Assembly: GCA_963798915.1 (NCBI GenBank)
Contig: CAWCVB010000002.1
Location: forward strand, 448,001-512,000
Length of the DNA: 64,000 bases
Direction of reading: 5' to 3'
Source: an uncultured Gemmatimonadales bacterium
GTDB lineage: Bacteria; Gemmatimonadota; Gemmatimonadetes; Gemmatimonadales; GWC2-71-9
Within the stretch, counting starts at the first letter, position 1. Each line of letters starts with the position of its first letter. Made by a program: the position numbers and the translations under genes. Below are positions 1 to 10,684 of this stretch, one piece after another. The notes beneath the pieces were generated by a model. That model was not told the origin of the DNA and searched no databases. It was given only the letters and a program-made list of their open reading frames with translations.

Positions 1-283
1 AGGAGAGCGCGGACCAGAGCAGGGCCAGCGCCGTCCAGCCGGTCAGCACCTGGTGCGCGAACAGCAGCGTACGGTTGGCCGTGAGCAGGAAGAGCAGGAT
101 GGCGAGGATCCGCAGGATGTAGGCGGCCCAGGTCACCGTCCACCAGCCGAACCACGCCTTGCGATAACGCTGGTACAGGAATGCGGAGAGTACCGCCAGC
201 GCTGCCGTGATCACGGCCTGCAGCAGCGCCGCATCGAGTTCGAGAGGATCGCTGACCGGCGGCGGCATGGTGACCTGCAGCAT
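1..283 (-). CDS. Membrane protein, N-terminal part only (possibly a sensor); runs off the left edge
   Basis: Manual translation from ATG 283 (or 268): MLQVTMPPPVSDPLELDAALLQAVITAALAVLSAFLYQRYRKAWFGWWTVTWAAYILRILAILLFLL..., several TM helices; not in the ORF track. Confidence 0.7.
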   Translation of the reverse strand, partial: MLQVTMPPPVSDPLELDAALLQAVITAALAVLSAFLYQRYRKAWFGWWTVTWAAYILRILAILLFLLTANRTLLFAHQVLTGWTALALLWSALS

Positions 284-296
284 CGAAGAAAGGTAA

Positions 297-1685
297 TTGC
301 GCTGCTATCTTTCTCCGACCGTGACTCACGACCACAGCAGCAGGATTGACTCGCCCCTGTCGCAGGCGCTGGAGCGCCTCGTGATTGTGCTGCGCGAGAC
401 GCCACGCGCAGCAGAAGTGCATGCCGAGCTCGCCGCTGCGGCCGCACGCCTGGCCGCCGCCCTCCGCCGCTCCGAACGGATCGAGGCCGGTGTCGAGGGG
501 TCCAGTATCGCCGAGACCGTCACCCTGCGCGGCCGGTTGCTGGCGCGCGCCGTGGACTGGCTCGAAATCAGCCCGGGCGCGACGGCTGGCGCCATGCTCG
601 ACCTTGCCCGCGCGCTGGCCAGCGACACCGCTCCAATACCGGCGGCCGATGGAGTGACGGTCGCGCTCGTGACCCTGCCACGGCCGATGGAGACCGGTCC
701 CGTCCGGGTGGCGGAACCAGGGATTGCCGGGCTGGACGCCGGACTGGGGGACGACGACGCGGGGGACAGCGAACTCCTGCGACTCACCGACGAAGTGCGG
801 ACGGCGTCGGTCCAGCGAGACTGGCACGGGGTGCTCCAGCATGCCCAGGCGCTGCTGGATTACGCGGAACTGGATACGGCGGTACGGCGCACCAGGATCA
901 TCCAGGCTCGGCGCGCGCTGCCCATGGCCCGGCTCCGCGAGCTGGTCGAGCACGCGCTGCGACACCAGGAAGACCAGCTCGCCACGGGTGACGTCCTGGC
1001 GCGCATCGGCCCCGACGGCCATCAGGTCATGGTCGAAGCGGTGGCCGAAAGTGAATCGCTGGCCGCCCGGCGGTTCCTGCACGACCAGCTGGGCCGGACG
1101 CCCGAGGCCTTCCCGCTGCTGGTGCCGCTGCTCGAGCGTGGCACCGCGTCGCAGGCCCGGCATGCCGCCGGCATTCTGGCGCGGCTCGCCGATGAGCGCG
1201 CCCTTGCACCCCTTGCCTCCGCGCTGTCACACCAGGACGACGCCGTGCGAGCCGAAGTGCTGCGCGCGCTGGCCAGGTTCGATCACCCGACGGCACGGGC
1301 CGCGTTGCTGGAGGGGCTCCGTCATCAGAGCTCGAGCACCAGGATCGCGGCGGCACAGGCGGTGGGCAACGCAGGCATGCTCACGCTCGCGCCTTCGGTA
1401 ATGGGCGTCCTGCGCGAGGAGGCGGACAGTTCCGTGCGGCGGGCGTTGGCCACGGCCGCTGCCCGGTTGGGGACCGTCGAAGCCCTGGAGGAACTGGTGC
1501 GGATCGCGGTGGGGCGGAAGCGGCTGTTACGCGGCGGCTTTCCGGTTGAGATGCGGCTCGATGTGGTCGCGGGGCTGGCGGCGGCGGCGACGCCCACTGC
1601 CAGGCGAGCACTCGACCGGATCGTGCGCGAGGCGGACCGCGTCGTCCAGCGGGCAGCAGATACCGCGCTGAATGTGAGACGTTAA
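297..1685 (+). CDS. HEAT-repeat protein
   Basis: Repeated HEAT motifs (ALSHQDDAVRAEVLRALA, GLRHQSSSTRIAAAQAVG); start uncertain. Confidence 0.75.
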   Translation: MRCYLSPTVTHDHSSRIDSPLSQALERLVIVLRETPRAAEVHAELAAAAARLAAALRRSERIEAGVEGSSIAETVTLRGRLLARAVDWLEISPGATAGAMLDLARALASDTAPIPAADGVTVALVTLPRPMETGPVRVAEPGIAGLDAGLGDDDAGDSELLRLTDEVRTASVQRDWHGVLQHAQALLDYAELDTAVRRTRIIQARRALPMARLRELVEHALRHQEDQLATGDVLARIGPDGHQVMVEAVAESESLAARRFLHDQLGRTPEAFPLLVPLLERGTASQARHAAGILARLADERALAPLASALSHQDDAVRAEVLRALARFDHPTARAALLEGLRHQSSSTRIAAAQAVGNAGMLTLAPSVMGVLREEADSSVRRALATAAARLGTVEALEELVRIAVGRKRLLRGGFPVEMRLDVVAGLAAAATPTARRALDRIVREADRVVQRAADTALNVRR

Positions 1686-1760
1686 GACGGGGAAGACGGG
1701 AAGATCTATTCCGCCAGACCTTCCCGTCTTCCCGTCTTCCCGTCTTCCCGCCTTCCCGCC
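1686..1760. repeat. Inverted pair of 8-bp tandem repeats (GACGGGAA / TTCCCGTC) between convergent genes
   Basis: Seen directly; the two tracts can pair as a hairpin. Confidence 0.8.
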
Positions 1761-2530
1761 TACGGATGGTGCAGCGCGAATCCGCCCACATGCACGTCCA
1801 GATTGTGATTGATGCGGAGTCCGACGATGCCGTTGAGGTCGCCGGGAGTCGCATCCATTTCGTAGACGCTGGTCCCGTTGACCAGGAACTTCGCCTTGCC
1901 GGGCGTCGTCGCATCGATCTCAAGCTTGTTGGTCGCCTTGCCCGCGGCATCCTGCGACTGCACCGCAGCGTTCGCCACCCAGCCGTCGGAGACGTTTGAC
2001 GTTTCCGCGCCGTTCCGCTTCTTGATCAGGAACTTGCCGTCGCCCCGGACCAGGAAATAGGTGTATTGCTGGCCCTCACCGCCCAGCGCCTTGCCGCCGA
2101 AGAAGAGGCCGTAGCCCTCCGGGTGCGTTGGCGCCTTCGTCTGGGTGAAGGTGGCCACGGTATGGAAGGGCCCATTGGCCTTGTCACTGGCCCGGTACAG
2201 GATGGCAGCGGGTCCCATCGTGGCATGGAACCCGTCGCCCATGGTCACGAACTTGACGTTGGCGAGCGGCGCATCCCGGTCGGTGCGGGCGGCCCAGCCC
2301 TCGGGAAGGGTGCCGCCTCCCTGGACCTGGTGGTCCGGGTCGGCGTGATCCATGCCCTTCATATCGTGATCCATGCCCTTCATATCGTGATCCATGCCCT
2401 TCATATCGTGATCCATGCCCTTCATCTGGGCATGGGCCGAATCGGTTTTGGGTGTGGTGGTGGGCTGCTGCGCCAGGGCAGGGGTGGTGGCAAACAGGGC
2501 TGCGGCGGCCATCAGGGTCAACGACTTCAT
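1760..2530 (-). CDS. Secreted protein with His/Met-rich MKGMDHD repeats and a beta-sandwich-like domain
   Basis: Signal peptide MKSLTLMAAAALFATTPALA; four 21-bp repeats at 2344-2425. Confidence 0.8.
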   Translation of the reverse strand: MKSLTLMAAAALFATTPALAQQPTTTPKTDSAHAQMKGMDHDMKGMDHDMKGMDHDMKGMDHADPDHQVQGGGTLPEGWAARTDRDAPLANVKFVTMGDGFHATMGPAAILYRASDKANGPFHTVATFTQTKAPTHPEGYGLFFGGKALGGEGQQYTYFLVRGDGKFLIKKRNGAETSNVSDGWVANAAVQSQDAAGKATNKLEIDATTPGKAKFLVNGTSVYEMDATPGDLNGIVGLRINHNLDVHVGGFALHHP

Positions 2531-2611
2531 CGGTGTGTCTCCGTAGGGGGTTGAAGGCGGCTCCGGGGCGCGGTATGCTTCTGCCTCGCCCTACCGTTCG
2601 GAGCGCCGTCC

Positions 2612-2776
2612 ATGCTGCTGTATTACTTCGGGATGATCTTTGCCATCATTGGCGCCGGCGCCATCCTCTTTGCGCTGCCGTTCGTGAGCGCGGTCATTGG
2701 CGGGCTCGTGAACGCCATGATCACGTTCATGGCCGGTCCAATCGTGGACAAGTTTCTCGCCCGCCGCAAGAGCTAG
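2612..2776 (+). CDS. Small membrane protein (54 aa)
   Basis: Manual translation MLLYYFGMIFAIIGAGAILFALPFVSAVIGGLVNAMITFMAGPIVDKFLARRKS; GGAG upstream; below the ORF-track cutoff. Confidence 0.6.
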   Translation: MLLYYFGMIFAIIGAGAILFALPFVSAVIGGLVNAMITFMAGPIVDKFLARRKS

Positions 2777-3138
2777 GCGTTCGGCTTCTCGTCCAGCGTG
2801 CTGGCCTCCGGCGCCAGCGCGGCCCGGTGCGCTCCTTCAAGATTGATCCGAAAGTTGCCGAGCAGTTCGCGGAGGCCGCGGACCTTGACCTGTTGGCCGC
2901 CGCCTCGCCGGGTCAGCATGGCCATGTTGCCGGCCGTGTCCGCCAGCCGGTGCAGTCCCTTCAGCTGGCAGTTGGCCTTGATTTCGTCGAGCATCCGGGC
3001 CAGCGAGCGGACCGCGGCCTCATCGGCCTGCTGGATGGCCATGGACTCGATGGTGCGATGAATCCGGTCCAGCTTGGGCGACAGGGTCTTGAAGTATTCG
3101 AGCCGCGCCTGTTGTTGGTTCGAGAGCTTGTGGGCCAT
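2773..3138 (-). CDS. Hypothetical helical protein, weakly Hpt-like
   Basis: MAHKLSNQQQARLEYFKTL...LDEIKANCQLKGLHRLADTA; host-like codon usage. Confidence 0.65.
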   Translation of the reverse strand: MAHKLSNQQQARLEYFKTLSPKLDRIHRTIESMAIQQADEAAVRSLARMLDEIKANCQLKGLHRLADTAGNMAMLTRRGGGQQVKVRGLRELLGNFRINLEGAHRAALAPEASTLDEKPNA

Positions 3139-3272
3139 GCCGGAATGTAAGGGCATGGCCCGGCCCATGCCCGGGCGGACCGGCGTCCCATCGCTGAAAC
3201 CGGCCCGTCCCAGGGACCGTAGGCGGGTCACATTCGACGATGCACGGGAAGCACCCCTGAGCGGGCATACGC

Positions 3273-6200
3273 ATGAAACTGTCTGACATTTCGATCCGGC
3301 GGCCCATCTTCGCGAGCATGATGAGCCTGGCGCTGGTGCTCTTCGGCGTCATCGGCTACCGGCTGCTGCCAGTGCGCGAGTACCCCGACGTCGATCCACC
3401 CATCATCTCGGTCTCCACGGTGCTTGCCGGCGCCAATCCGCAGGTGATCGAGTCCGCCATCACCGATCCGCTCGAGGAAGAGCTGAGCACGGTGCCTGGC
3501 CTGCGCACCCTGACGAGCAGCAGTGCCGAGCAGGTCAGCAATATCACGCTCGAGTTCAACCTTGAGCGGGACGTGGATGACGCCGCGCAGGATGTCCGCG
3601 ATCGAGTCTCGCGGGTGCGCGGGCGCCTGCCGCAGGATATCGAGGAACCGGTCATCGCCAAGCAGGAGGCCGACGCCCAGCCCTTCTTCTGGCTGGCACT
3701 CTCGGGCGCCAACTATTCGCTCCTGCAGCTCTCGGACATTGCCGACCGCCTGGTGAAGGCGCGCCTGCAAAGCCTGCCGGGCGTGGGTCGGGCCCAGATC
3801 GCCGGCGAGCGGCGCTATTCGATGCGGGTCTGGCTCGACCCATCCGCGCTGACGGCCCATGAACTGACGGTGCAGGATGTCGAGGCCGCCATCCAGTCGC
3901 GCAACGTGGAAGTGCCGGCCGGCCGTATCGAGAGCCAGCGACGCGAGTTCAGCGTGCGCACGCTGGGCGAACTCAAGAACCCGGACGAGTTCGGCGAGCT
4001 CACCGTGGCCAATCAGGGTGGCCAGCTGGTGAAGCTGCGCGATCTGGGCCACGTCGAACTCGGGCCGCAGGATATTCGCAGTGTGCTCCGCTACAACGGC
4101 ACGTCCGCCGTCGCCATCGGCGTGGTGCGGCAGTCCAAGTCCAACCTGATCGAGGTGGCGGACGAGATCCGGGCGGCCCTGCCGGAGATCCAGGCGCAAT
4201 TGCCGCCCGGCGTGGACATCATCCCGGCGTTTGACGGCTCGACCTTCGTCCGCCGCTCCATCAGCGAGGCCCAGGAGACGCTGATCATCGCGGCGGTGCT
4301 GGTGATCCTGATCATTTTCGTCTTCCTCCGGAACCTGCGCGCCACGATCATTCCCGGGCTCGCCATCCCCGCCTCCATCATCTCCACCTTTGCCGTGATG
4401 TATTTCCTGGGCTTCTCCGTCAACAACCTGACGCTGCTCGCCCTGACGCTCGCCATCGGCATCGTGGTGGACGATGCCATCATCGTCCTGGAAAATGCCT
4501 ATCGGCACCAGGAAGAGCTGGGCGAGTCTCCTGAGGATGCCGCCATCAACGGCACCCGCGAGATCGCGTTTGCCGTCGTCGCCACCACCATTTCCCTGGT
4601 GGCCGTCTTCATTCCGCTCGCCTTCCTCAAGGGCAATACCGGACGGCTGTTCAACGAGTTCGGCATCGCAGTGGCGGGCTCGGTGGTCATCTCCGGCTTC
4701 GTCGCCTTGACGCTGACGCCCATGCTCTCGGCCAGGATCCTGCGGGTGCCCAGCCGGCACGGCTGGATGTACCAGAAGCTCGAACGCGGTTTTGACCGCT
4801 TGGCCTCCGGTTACGGACGCCTGCTGGATCGCGCGCTGCGGCACCGGCTCCTGGTGGTGGTCGGCGCCCTCGGCACCCTGCTGCTGGCCGCCTACTTCTT
4901 CTCGTCGCTCAAGCGAGAGTTCATCCCGCCCGAGGACAAGGGCTACTTCGTCATCTTCACCCAGGCGCCCGAGGGCAGCACGATCGACTACACCGACCAG
5001 TACCAGCGCCAGGTGGAGACCATCCTGGGGCGAACCAAGGACGTCGAGGGGTACTTCAGCATTATCGGATTCGGCGGGAACGTGGCGGGCGGCATCATCT
5101 TTGTCCGCCTCACCGACTGGTCGGTGCGCGACCGCAGGGTGGACGATGTACTGAACGAAGTGCGGCCTCAATTGTTCGGGATCTCGGGCATCATGGCGTT
5201 CGCCCAGAATCCACCTGCGTTCGGCTTCGGCAATCCGGTCCAGTTCGTGGTGCAGAATCCCAACTTTGATTCGCTCCGGATCGCGATGGACACGATGGTC
5301 ACCCGCGCGCGCGCCATTCCCGGGCTGCTCAACGTCAACACCGACCTCCGGGTCAACAAGCCCCAGCTGGAGGTCACCTTTGACCGCGACCGTGCCGAGG
5401 ATCTTGGCGTGCCGGTTCGCGCGGTGGCGAGCACCTTCCAGACCCTGCTGGGCGGGCGCCGCGTGAGCACCTTCACCCGCGACAACAAGCTGTATGACGT
5501 GATCGTCCAGCTGGAAGCCGAGGACCGGGCCACGCCGTCGGACATGAGCGGGCTCTTCGTCCGGGGCGAGCGTGGCGGCCTGGTGCAGATGTCCTCGCTC
5601 ATCCACAGCAACGAGAACGTCGGCCCGCGCCAGCTCAACCATTTCAACCGGGTGCGCGATTTCACCCTCCAGGCGAGCCTGGCCCCCGGCTTCACGCTCG
5701 GTGAGGCCCTCGACTCGCTGAATGCGCTCGCCACCGAAGTGCTGCCGCGAAACAGCTCCGTGGCACTGGCGGGCGAAAGCCGGGAGCTCAACGAAAGCGG
5801 GACCTCGCTGTACTTCGCGTTCCTGCTCGCGCTGGTCGTCGTCTTCATGGTGCTCGCGTCGCAGTTCGAGTCGCTGGTGCACCCGTTCACGGTACTCCTT
5901 GCAGTGCCACTGGCGGTCACCGGGGCGCTGGTCACGCTGTGGATCGCGGGATCGACGATCAACCTCTACAGTCAGATCGGCATGATCCTGCTGATCGGCC
6001 TGGTGACCAAGAACTCGATCCTGCTGGTGGAGTATGCCAACCAGCTCAAGGATCGGGGCATGAGCGGCGCCGACGCGGTGCGTGAGGCAGGCCGGATCCG
6101 CCTCCGGCCCATTCTCATGACCAGCGTGGCCACCATCATGGGCGCCATTCCCATCGCCTACGGTCTCGGTGCCGGGTCCATCAGCCGGCGGCCGCTGGGC

Positions 6201-6344
6201 TACGCCATTGTGGGCGGGCTGCTGTTCTCCACCACACTGACGCTGTTCCTCATCCCGGTGGTGTACGTGTTGTTCGACGGCCTGCGCGAGCGCCGCCGGG
6301 TCCGCGCCGGCAGTCCGCGGCCGGCGGCGGAGGTGACCGAATGA
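3273..6344 (+). CDS. RND efflux permease (AcrB/AcrD/AcrF family)
   Basis: SIRRPIFA, GIVVDDAIIVLEN, GLVTKNSILLVE, RLRPILMT motifs; 1023 aa. Confidence 0.97.
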   Translation: MKLSDISIRRPIFASMMSLALVLFGVIGYRLLPVREYPDVDPPIISVSTVLAGANPQVIESAITDPLEEELSTVPGLRTLTSSSAEQVSNITLEFNLERDVDDAAQDVRDRVSRVRGRLPQDIEEPVIAKQEADAQPFFWLALSGANYSLLQLSDIADRLVKARLQSLPGVGRAQIAGERRYSMRVWLDPSALTAHELTVQDVEAAIQSRNVEVPAGRIESQRREFSVRTLGELKNPDEFGELTVANQGGQLVKLRDLGHVELGPQDIRSVLRYNGTSAVAIGVVRQSKSNLIEVADEIRAALPEIQAQLPPGVDIIPAFDGSTFVRRSISEAQETLIIAAVLVILIIFVFLRNLRATIIPGLAIPASIISTFAVMYFLGFSVNNLTLLALTLAIGIVVDDAIIVLENAYRHQEELGESPEDAAINGTREIAFAVVATTISLVAVFIPLAFLKGNTGRLFNEFGIAVAGSVVISGFVALTLTPMLSARILRVPSRHGWMYQKLERGFDRLASGYGRLLDRALRHRLLVVVGALGTLLLAAYFFSSLKREFIPPEDKGYFVIFTQAPEGSTIDYTDQYQRQVETILGRTKDVEGYFSIIGFGGNVAGGIIFVRLTDWSVRDRRVDDVLNEVRPQLFGISGIMAFAQNPPAFGFGNPVQFVVQNPNFDSLRIAMDTMVTRARAIPGLLNVNTDLRVNKPQLEVTFDRDRAEDLGVPVRAVASTFQTLLGGRRVSTFTRDNKLYDVIVQLEAEDRATPSDMSGLFVRGERGGLVQMSSLIHSNENVGPRQLNHFNRVRDFTLQASLAPGFTLGEALDSLNALATEVLPRNSSVALAGESRELNESGTSLYFAFLLALVVVFMVLASQFESLVHPFTVLLAVPLAVTGALVTLWIAGSTINLYSQIGMILLIGLVTKNSILLVEYANQLKDRGMSGADAVREAGRIRLRPILMTSVATIMGAIPIAYGLGAGSISRRPLGYAIVGGLLFSTTLTLFLIPVVYVLFDGLRERRRVRAGSPRPAAEVTE

Positions 6345-7630
6345 GCGGTGGGTTGCTGCTGCTGGCCGCGCTGTCACTGGTCCGGCAGGGGCCGGCCGAT
6401 ACCCTGCCGGTCGTGACGCTGCCACAGGCCATCGAAGAGGCGGCCCGCCTTGACCCCGATTACGTGCGGGCGCTGGGTAACGTCTCGTCGGCGGAATGGG
6501 GACGGCGCGCCGCACGCGTCGCGTTCGTGCTGCCCAGTATTTCGGTCAGCACCGACTTCACCCGCTACAGCTCGGCGTTCTTCAATATCGGGACCGGCGC
6601 GCTGCAGAACCGCTCGGTGACAGCGCAGGTCAACGCGCAATACGAACTGCTGAGTCTCCGGAAACTGGCCGAATTGTCCCGCTCGAGCGCCGCTGCAGAG
6701 CGGGCCGGCGCGGAGGAGCAGCAGGCCCGCTTTGCCGCCGCCATCGTGACGGAGAGCGATTACTACGCCGTGCTCGCGTCGGTCGAGCTGCTGCGCAGCG
6801 CGGAAGATCGAGTGAAGCGGGCGGACGAGGGACTGTCGGTGGCGCGCGCGCGGGTGAGCTCAGGCGCGGCGGTCCGGAGCGACTCGCTGCAACTGTACCT
6901 GGAACTCACCCGGGCCCGGGTGGACCTGCTGCGCCAGCGCTCGGCCCTGACGGTCGCTCGCCTGGAACTGGGGCGTCGCATCGGGCGGGAGGGCCCGGTG
7001 GATGCAGCCCCGCTGGATTCCGCCGCAGTGCCTCCGCTGCCGGTCTCGCTGGACCAGGCCGTGGCGCTTGCGCTCCGTTCGGGACCGCAATGGCGGGCCG
7101 CACGCGCCTCGGAGCGGGCCGCCGCTGCAGTGCTGAGGGAGCGCACCAGCGATTTCTTCCCGACCGTGAACCTCACGGCCTCGCACCAGCGCTATGACAC
7201 CAAGTTCTTTCCCAGTGCGCGCAATGTCAGCGCCGTGACGCTCGGAGTCCGCTGGACGCTCTGGAATGGCGGACAGCGCGAGATCGCGATGGCCGAGGCA
7301 CGCACCAGCCGTAATGTGGCCCAGGCAGTCCGGGCCGACCTGGAACGGGGAGCGCGGGCGGACGTGACGGAAAGCTTCGAGGCATTCAACACCGCGCGCG
7401 CCTCGGTGGATCTTTCGACCACCGCGCGCCTGGTGGCGCAGGAAAACTACCGGGTGCAGGAAAGCCGCTATCGCGCCGGCGCCGCCACGATTCTCGATCT
7501 GCTCGATGCACAGGTGGGGCTCACACAGTCGGACGCGGACCTGGTTCAGGCGCGCTATGGTACCCGCCTGGCGCTGGCCGGGCTGGAAGCCATGCTGGGA
7601 CAGAGACTCTTCACGGGGACCATCGAGTGA
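6341..7630 (+). CDS. TolC-family outer membrane factor
   Basis: YRAGAATILDLLDAQ motif; 4-nt overlap with the permease. Confidence 0.93.
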   Translation: MSGGLLLLAALSLVRQGPADTLPVVTLPQAIEEAARLDPDYVRALGNVSSAEWGRRAARVAFVLPSISVSTDFTRYSSAFFNIGTGALQNRSVTAQVNAQYELLSLRKLAELSRSSAAAERAGAEEQQARFAAAIVTESDYYAVLASVELLRSAEDRVKRADEGLSVARARVSSGAAVRSDSLQLYLELTRARVDLLRQRSALTVARLELGRRIGREGPVDAAPLDSAAVPPLPVSLDQAVALALRSGPQWRAARASERAAAAVLRERTSDFFPTVNLTASHQRYDTKFFPSARNVSAVTLGVRWTLWNGGQREIAMAEARTSRNVAQAVRADLERGARADVTESFEAFNTARASVDLSTTARLVAQENYRVQESRYRAGAATILDLLDAQVGLTQSDADLVQARYGTRLALAGLEAMLGQRLFTGTIE

Positions 7631-8697
7631 TCGCCACACGCCAACTGTTCATCCTGTCGCTTGCGCTCTCGGCGTGCGGCAAGGCCGGGGACCCTGCGGT
7701 GCGCGGTGCCGGCGCACCGGGCGCCACGCCGCCCATGCCGGTCGAGGTGGCCGCCGCGTTCACCGACACGGTGCTCGACGCCATTTCGGCAACGGGCCAG
7801 ATCGAGGCGGTGCAGTCCATCGATCTGCGGCCCGACGTCGAAGGGCGGATCACCGCCATCCTGGTTCGCGAGGGCAGTTATGTGGGCCAGGGTACCGGGC
7901 TCTTCCGCATCGACGATGCCGAGCTTCGGGCGCAGGCAGATCGGGCCCGCGCCGACCGGGACCTGGCGCGGCAGAACCTCGACCGCACCAAGGAGCTGCT
8001 GGCGCAGAATGCCAGTTCGCAGGCCGAACTGGAACGGGCCGAGGCGGCCTTCCGCAGCGCCGCGGCATCGCTGGCGTTGCTGGAAGTGCGCATCAACCGG
8101 TCCACCGTGCGCGCGCCCTTTGCCGGCGTCATGGGCCAGCGCTACGTCAGTCTGGGCGATTACGTGACCACTTCCACCCGCCTGGCGTCGCTGCAGACGG
8201 TGCATCCCGAGCGGGCCGTCCTGACTGTGCCTGAGCGATATGCGGCCGCGCTCGAGCGCGGCCAGAAGGTGAACTTCCGTGTGGCGGCGCTGCCGGGGCG
8301 GCAGTTCACCGGGACAGTAGATTTCGTAGATCCGGTCGTGGCCATGCCGGGTCGCACCATCACCGTGAAGGCACTGGTGCCCAATGGCGATCGGTCGCTG
8401 CAGGCCGGCATGTTCATCGAGGCGCGGCTGGCCACCGCGGTGCGCCCGTCGGCGGTGGTGATCCCGGAGGATGCGGTGCTCCCGCTCCAGGGGACCAATT
8501 TTGTCTGGGTCGCGAAGGACAACAAGGCGAGCCGCCGCCAGGTCGAGCTCGGCGTGCGCACGCCCGGCTTCGTCGAGGCGCAAAGCGGCATCAACAGCGG
8601 CGACATGGTGGTGGTCGGCGGGCAGGAGCGCCTCCAGGAAGGCGCGCCCGTCGCTGCCACGGTGGTGCAGCGCAAGCGGGAGACCGTGGCGGAATAG
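7627..8697 (+). CDS. RND periplasmic adaptor (MFP) lipoprotein
   Basis: Lipobox LSAC; VRAPFAG; VVIPEDAV; GDMVVVGG. Confidence 0.93.
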   Translation: MIATRQLFILSLALSACGKAGDPAVRGAGAPGATPPMPVEVAAAFTDTVLDAISATGQIEAVQSIDLRPDVEGRITAILVREGSYVGQGTGLFRIDDAELRAQADRARADRDLARQNLDRTKELLAQNASSQAELERAEAAFRSAAASLALLEVRINRSTVRAPFAGVMGQRYVSLGDYVTTSTRLASLQTVHPERAVLTVPERYAAALERGQKVNFRVAALPGRQFTGTVDFVDPVVAMPGRTITVKALVPNGDRSLQAGMFIEARLATAVRPSAVVIPEDAVLPLQGTNFVWVAKDNKASRRQVELGVRTPGFVEAQSGINSGDMVVVGGQERLQEGAPVAATVVQRKRETVAE

Positions 8698-10626
8698 TGC
8701 CCACACGCAGACCGAGCCGGATCGGTGTTCCGGGCGCCGTCAGATGCTTCATCTCGACGGCGCTGCTCATTCCTGCGGCCGTGTCGCCACTGTGGGGCCA
8801 GGCGGCCGGGCGGTGGGCCATGCTCCTGGGTGGCGGCGTGCGCGGCATGCTGCGGGCCGAACTTCGGCTGGCCGACCAGCGTGGTACGCTCTGGCTCGAG
8901 ACCGACTCCGCACCTGTTCCACTCACTGAAGTACATCTCGACGGCGCTACGGTGCGCTTCGCCCTGCCGGGCCGCGACCCCATCACGTTTGCCGGCGAGG
9001 TGCAGGGAAGCGTGCTTCACGGCACTGCCCGTGCGGACACGGGCGCACCCCGTCTGTGGACGGCCACCCGGCTGCAGCAGGTCACGGAGTACTATCCCTC
9101 ACTGCCCCGATTCACCTTGCGCCAGATCATCAGCGGCCGCCGCGACACAGTCTCACACCTGCCGGGCATGTGGGTGGCGGCGGCGCGCGCCCAGGCAGAA
9201 GACCTTGGCGGCCGCTACGAGAGGCTGGCGCGCGCGGCCGGGATGACGCCGCTGGCGGGTGCACAGCTCGCCCAGCTGGGACCTCAGCGCGCGCTCGGCC
9301 TCGTTGACCGGGCCCGGGCGGCGGCGGCGAGCCGCGCCACGCTGGAGCAGATTCGCCGGCAGATTCCCGGTCCGGAAACACAGGCCGCCTTTGACCGCAT
9401 CTTCCGGCCCAGGGGCCACTGGCTCGTGGACGTGCACGACGCGGCGCTGGCCTTTGCGCAGGCGGCTTCGCCTGGCGCGGGACTGGCCGACGTGCGGTCG
9501 GCACTCACGGCCATCGGATGGTTTCAGGCCGATTCCGCCCTGACTGATGCCGACGTCATGTCGGCGCTGTACCGTCTGCATGGGCTGATGAGCACCGACA
9601 GCGCTCAGGTCAATCCGCTGCTCGACGCCATGCGCCGCGCCGATCCCCGGCACGCCACCGCCGCCGTCCTGCTGCTGCACGCCTACGATGCCGCCGACCA
9701 GTGGCATGCCTCCGCGCTGCGCTTCCTGCTGGAGGCGCCGTGGATCGGCGCCGCGCCGTCATCCATCGCCGCGCGAATGCGTGCGAGCTGGGGCGACTCG
9801 TTGCCGCTCCCGGCGGTCGAGTCGCGTTACTTCGGGTCGCCCCAGGCGGTGCCGCGCTACGGTGTGTCCCGCGCCACTTTTCGGTCGCCTGGTCCGGGCC
9901 GACAACTGGTCGGCGCGGCAATGGCTCGCACGACATCACCAGGAGACGCTGCTGGAGACGCTCCGGCTCCTCCCGGCCAGCTTTGCGCCTGACGCGGAAC
10001 TGGCCACGCCGACCGAACGGTTCCGCCTGACTACCGTGCGGCGGGAAGCGGAATCACGGGACAACGGCTTCCTGGAGCCGCACGAAACCATTGTCGTGGA
10101 TGATGGCTACATGCCATTGCTGGCGCTGGCCGCGGCGGTCCATGAGTGGCAGCACCTTGCGTTCGAGCGCGAGCGGCGCCGGCGCGATGCCAGCGAGAGC
10201 GGGGAAGTGGTGACGCTCCACGGCGGCGATCCATATGTGGCCGAAGGGGTGGCCGAGTGGCGCACCGACGAACTGCTGCGTCCGCTGGCGCCGGCGTTTC
10301 CACTGCTGCTCATGGGCGAAGCGGAGAAGCGCATCCGGCTGTCCGCCAGCGGGACGGAGCCGCACGCGCTGGGATATCTGCTGGTCCGCGCGCTGGCCGC
10401 GGCCGTCCCTGACGCCGCCCGCCGCCGGCAGCTCCTGCTGCGCGCAGTCGATGATCCGGCGAGTGTACTTTCCGAGGCGACACTGGTCGAAGCCTGGCAT
10501 GCCCACGCCGCGGCTCCTGACTTGATCTATGGCGGGACCGGCCGCCGCGCGCTCATTCCGGAGACCACTTTTACGGTCGAGGACGGATTTCCGGATCCCG
10601 TGGCGGAGCGCGTGCTGGTGGAATGA
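8697..10626 (+). pseudogene. Secreted protein with C-terminal HEXXH...E (gluzincin-like) motif, split by a +1 frameshift near 9867
   Basis: ORFs 8697-9992 and 9688-10626 join as PRYGV|PAPLFGRL if T9867 is removed; AVHEWQH...EGVAE. Confidence 0.65.
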
Positions 10627-10684
10627 CCATGGCACGCGATGCCAACCCCCGAACCATGACGGACTCTCAGCAAGGATACTGACC

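Noticed and set aside
3228..6515. Long antisense or alternate-frame ORFs (3228-6515, 38045-39880, 40801-42927, 43416-46328, 50262-51836 and others)
   Set aside because: Shadow ORFs of well-supported genes in high-GC DNA, with no recognisable motifs.
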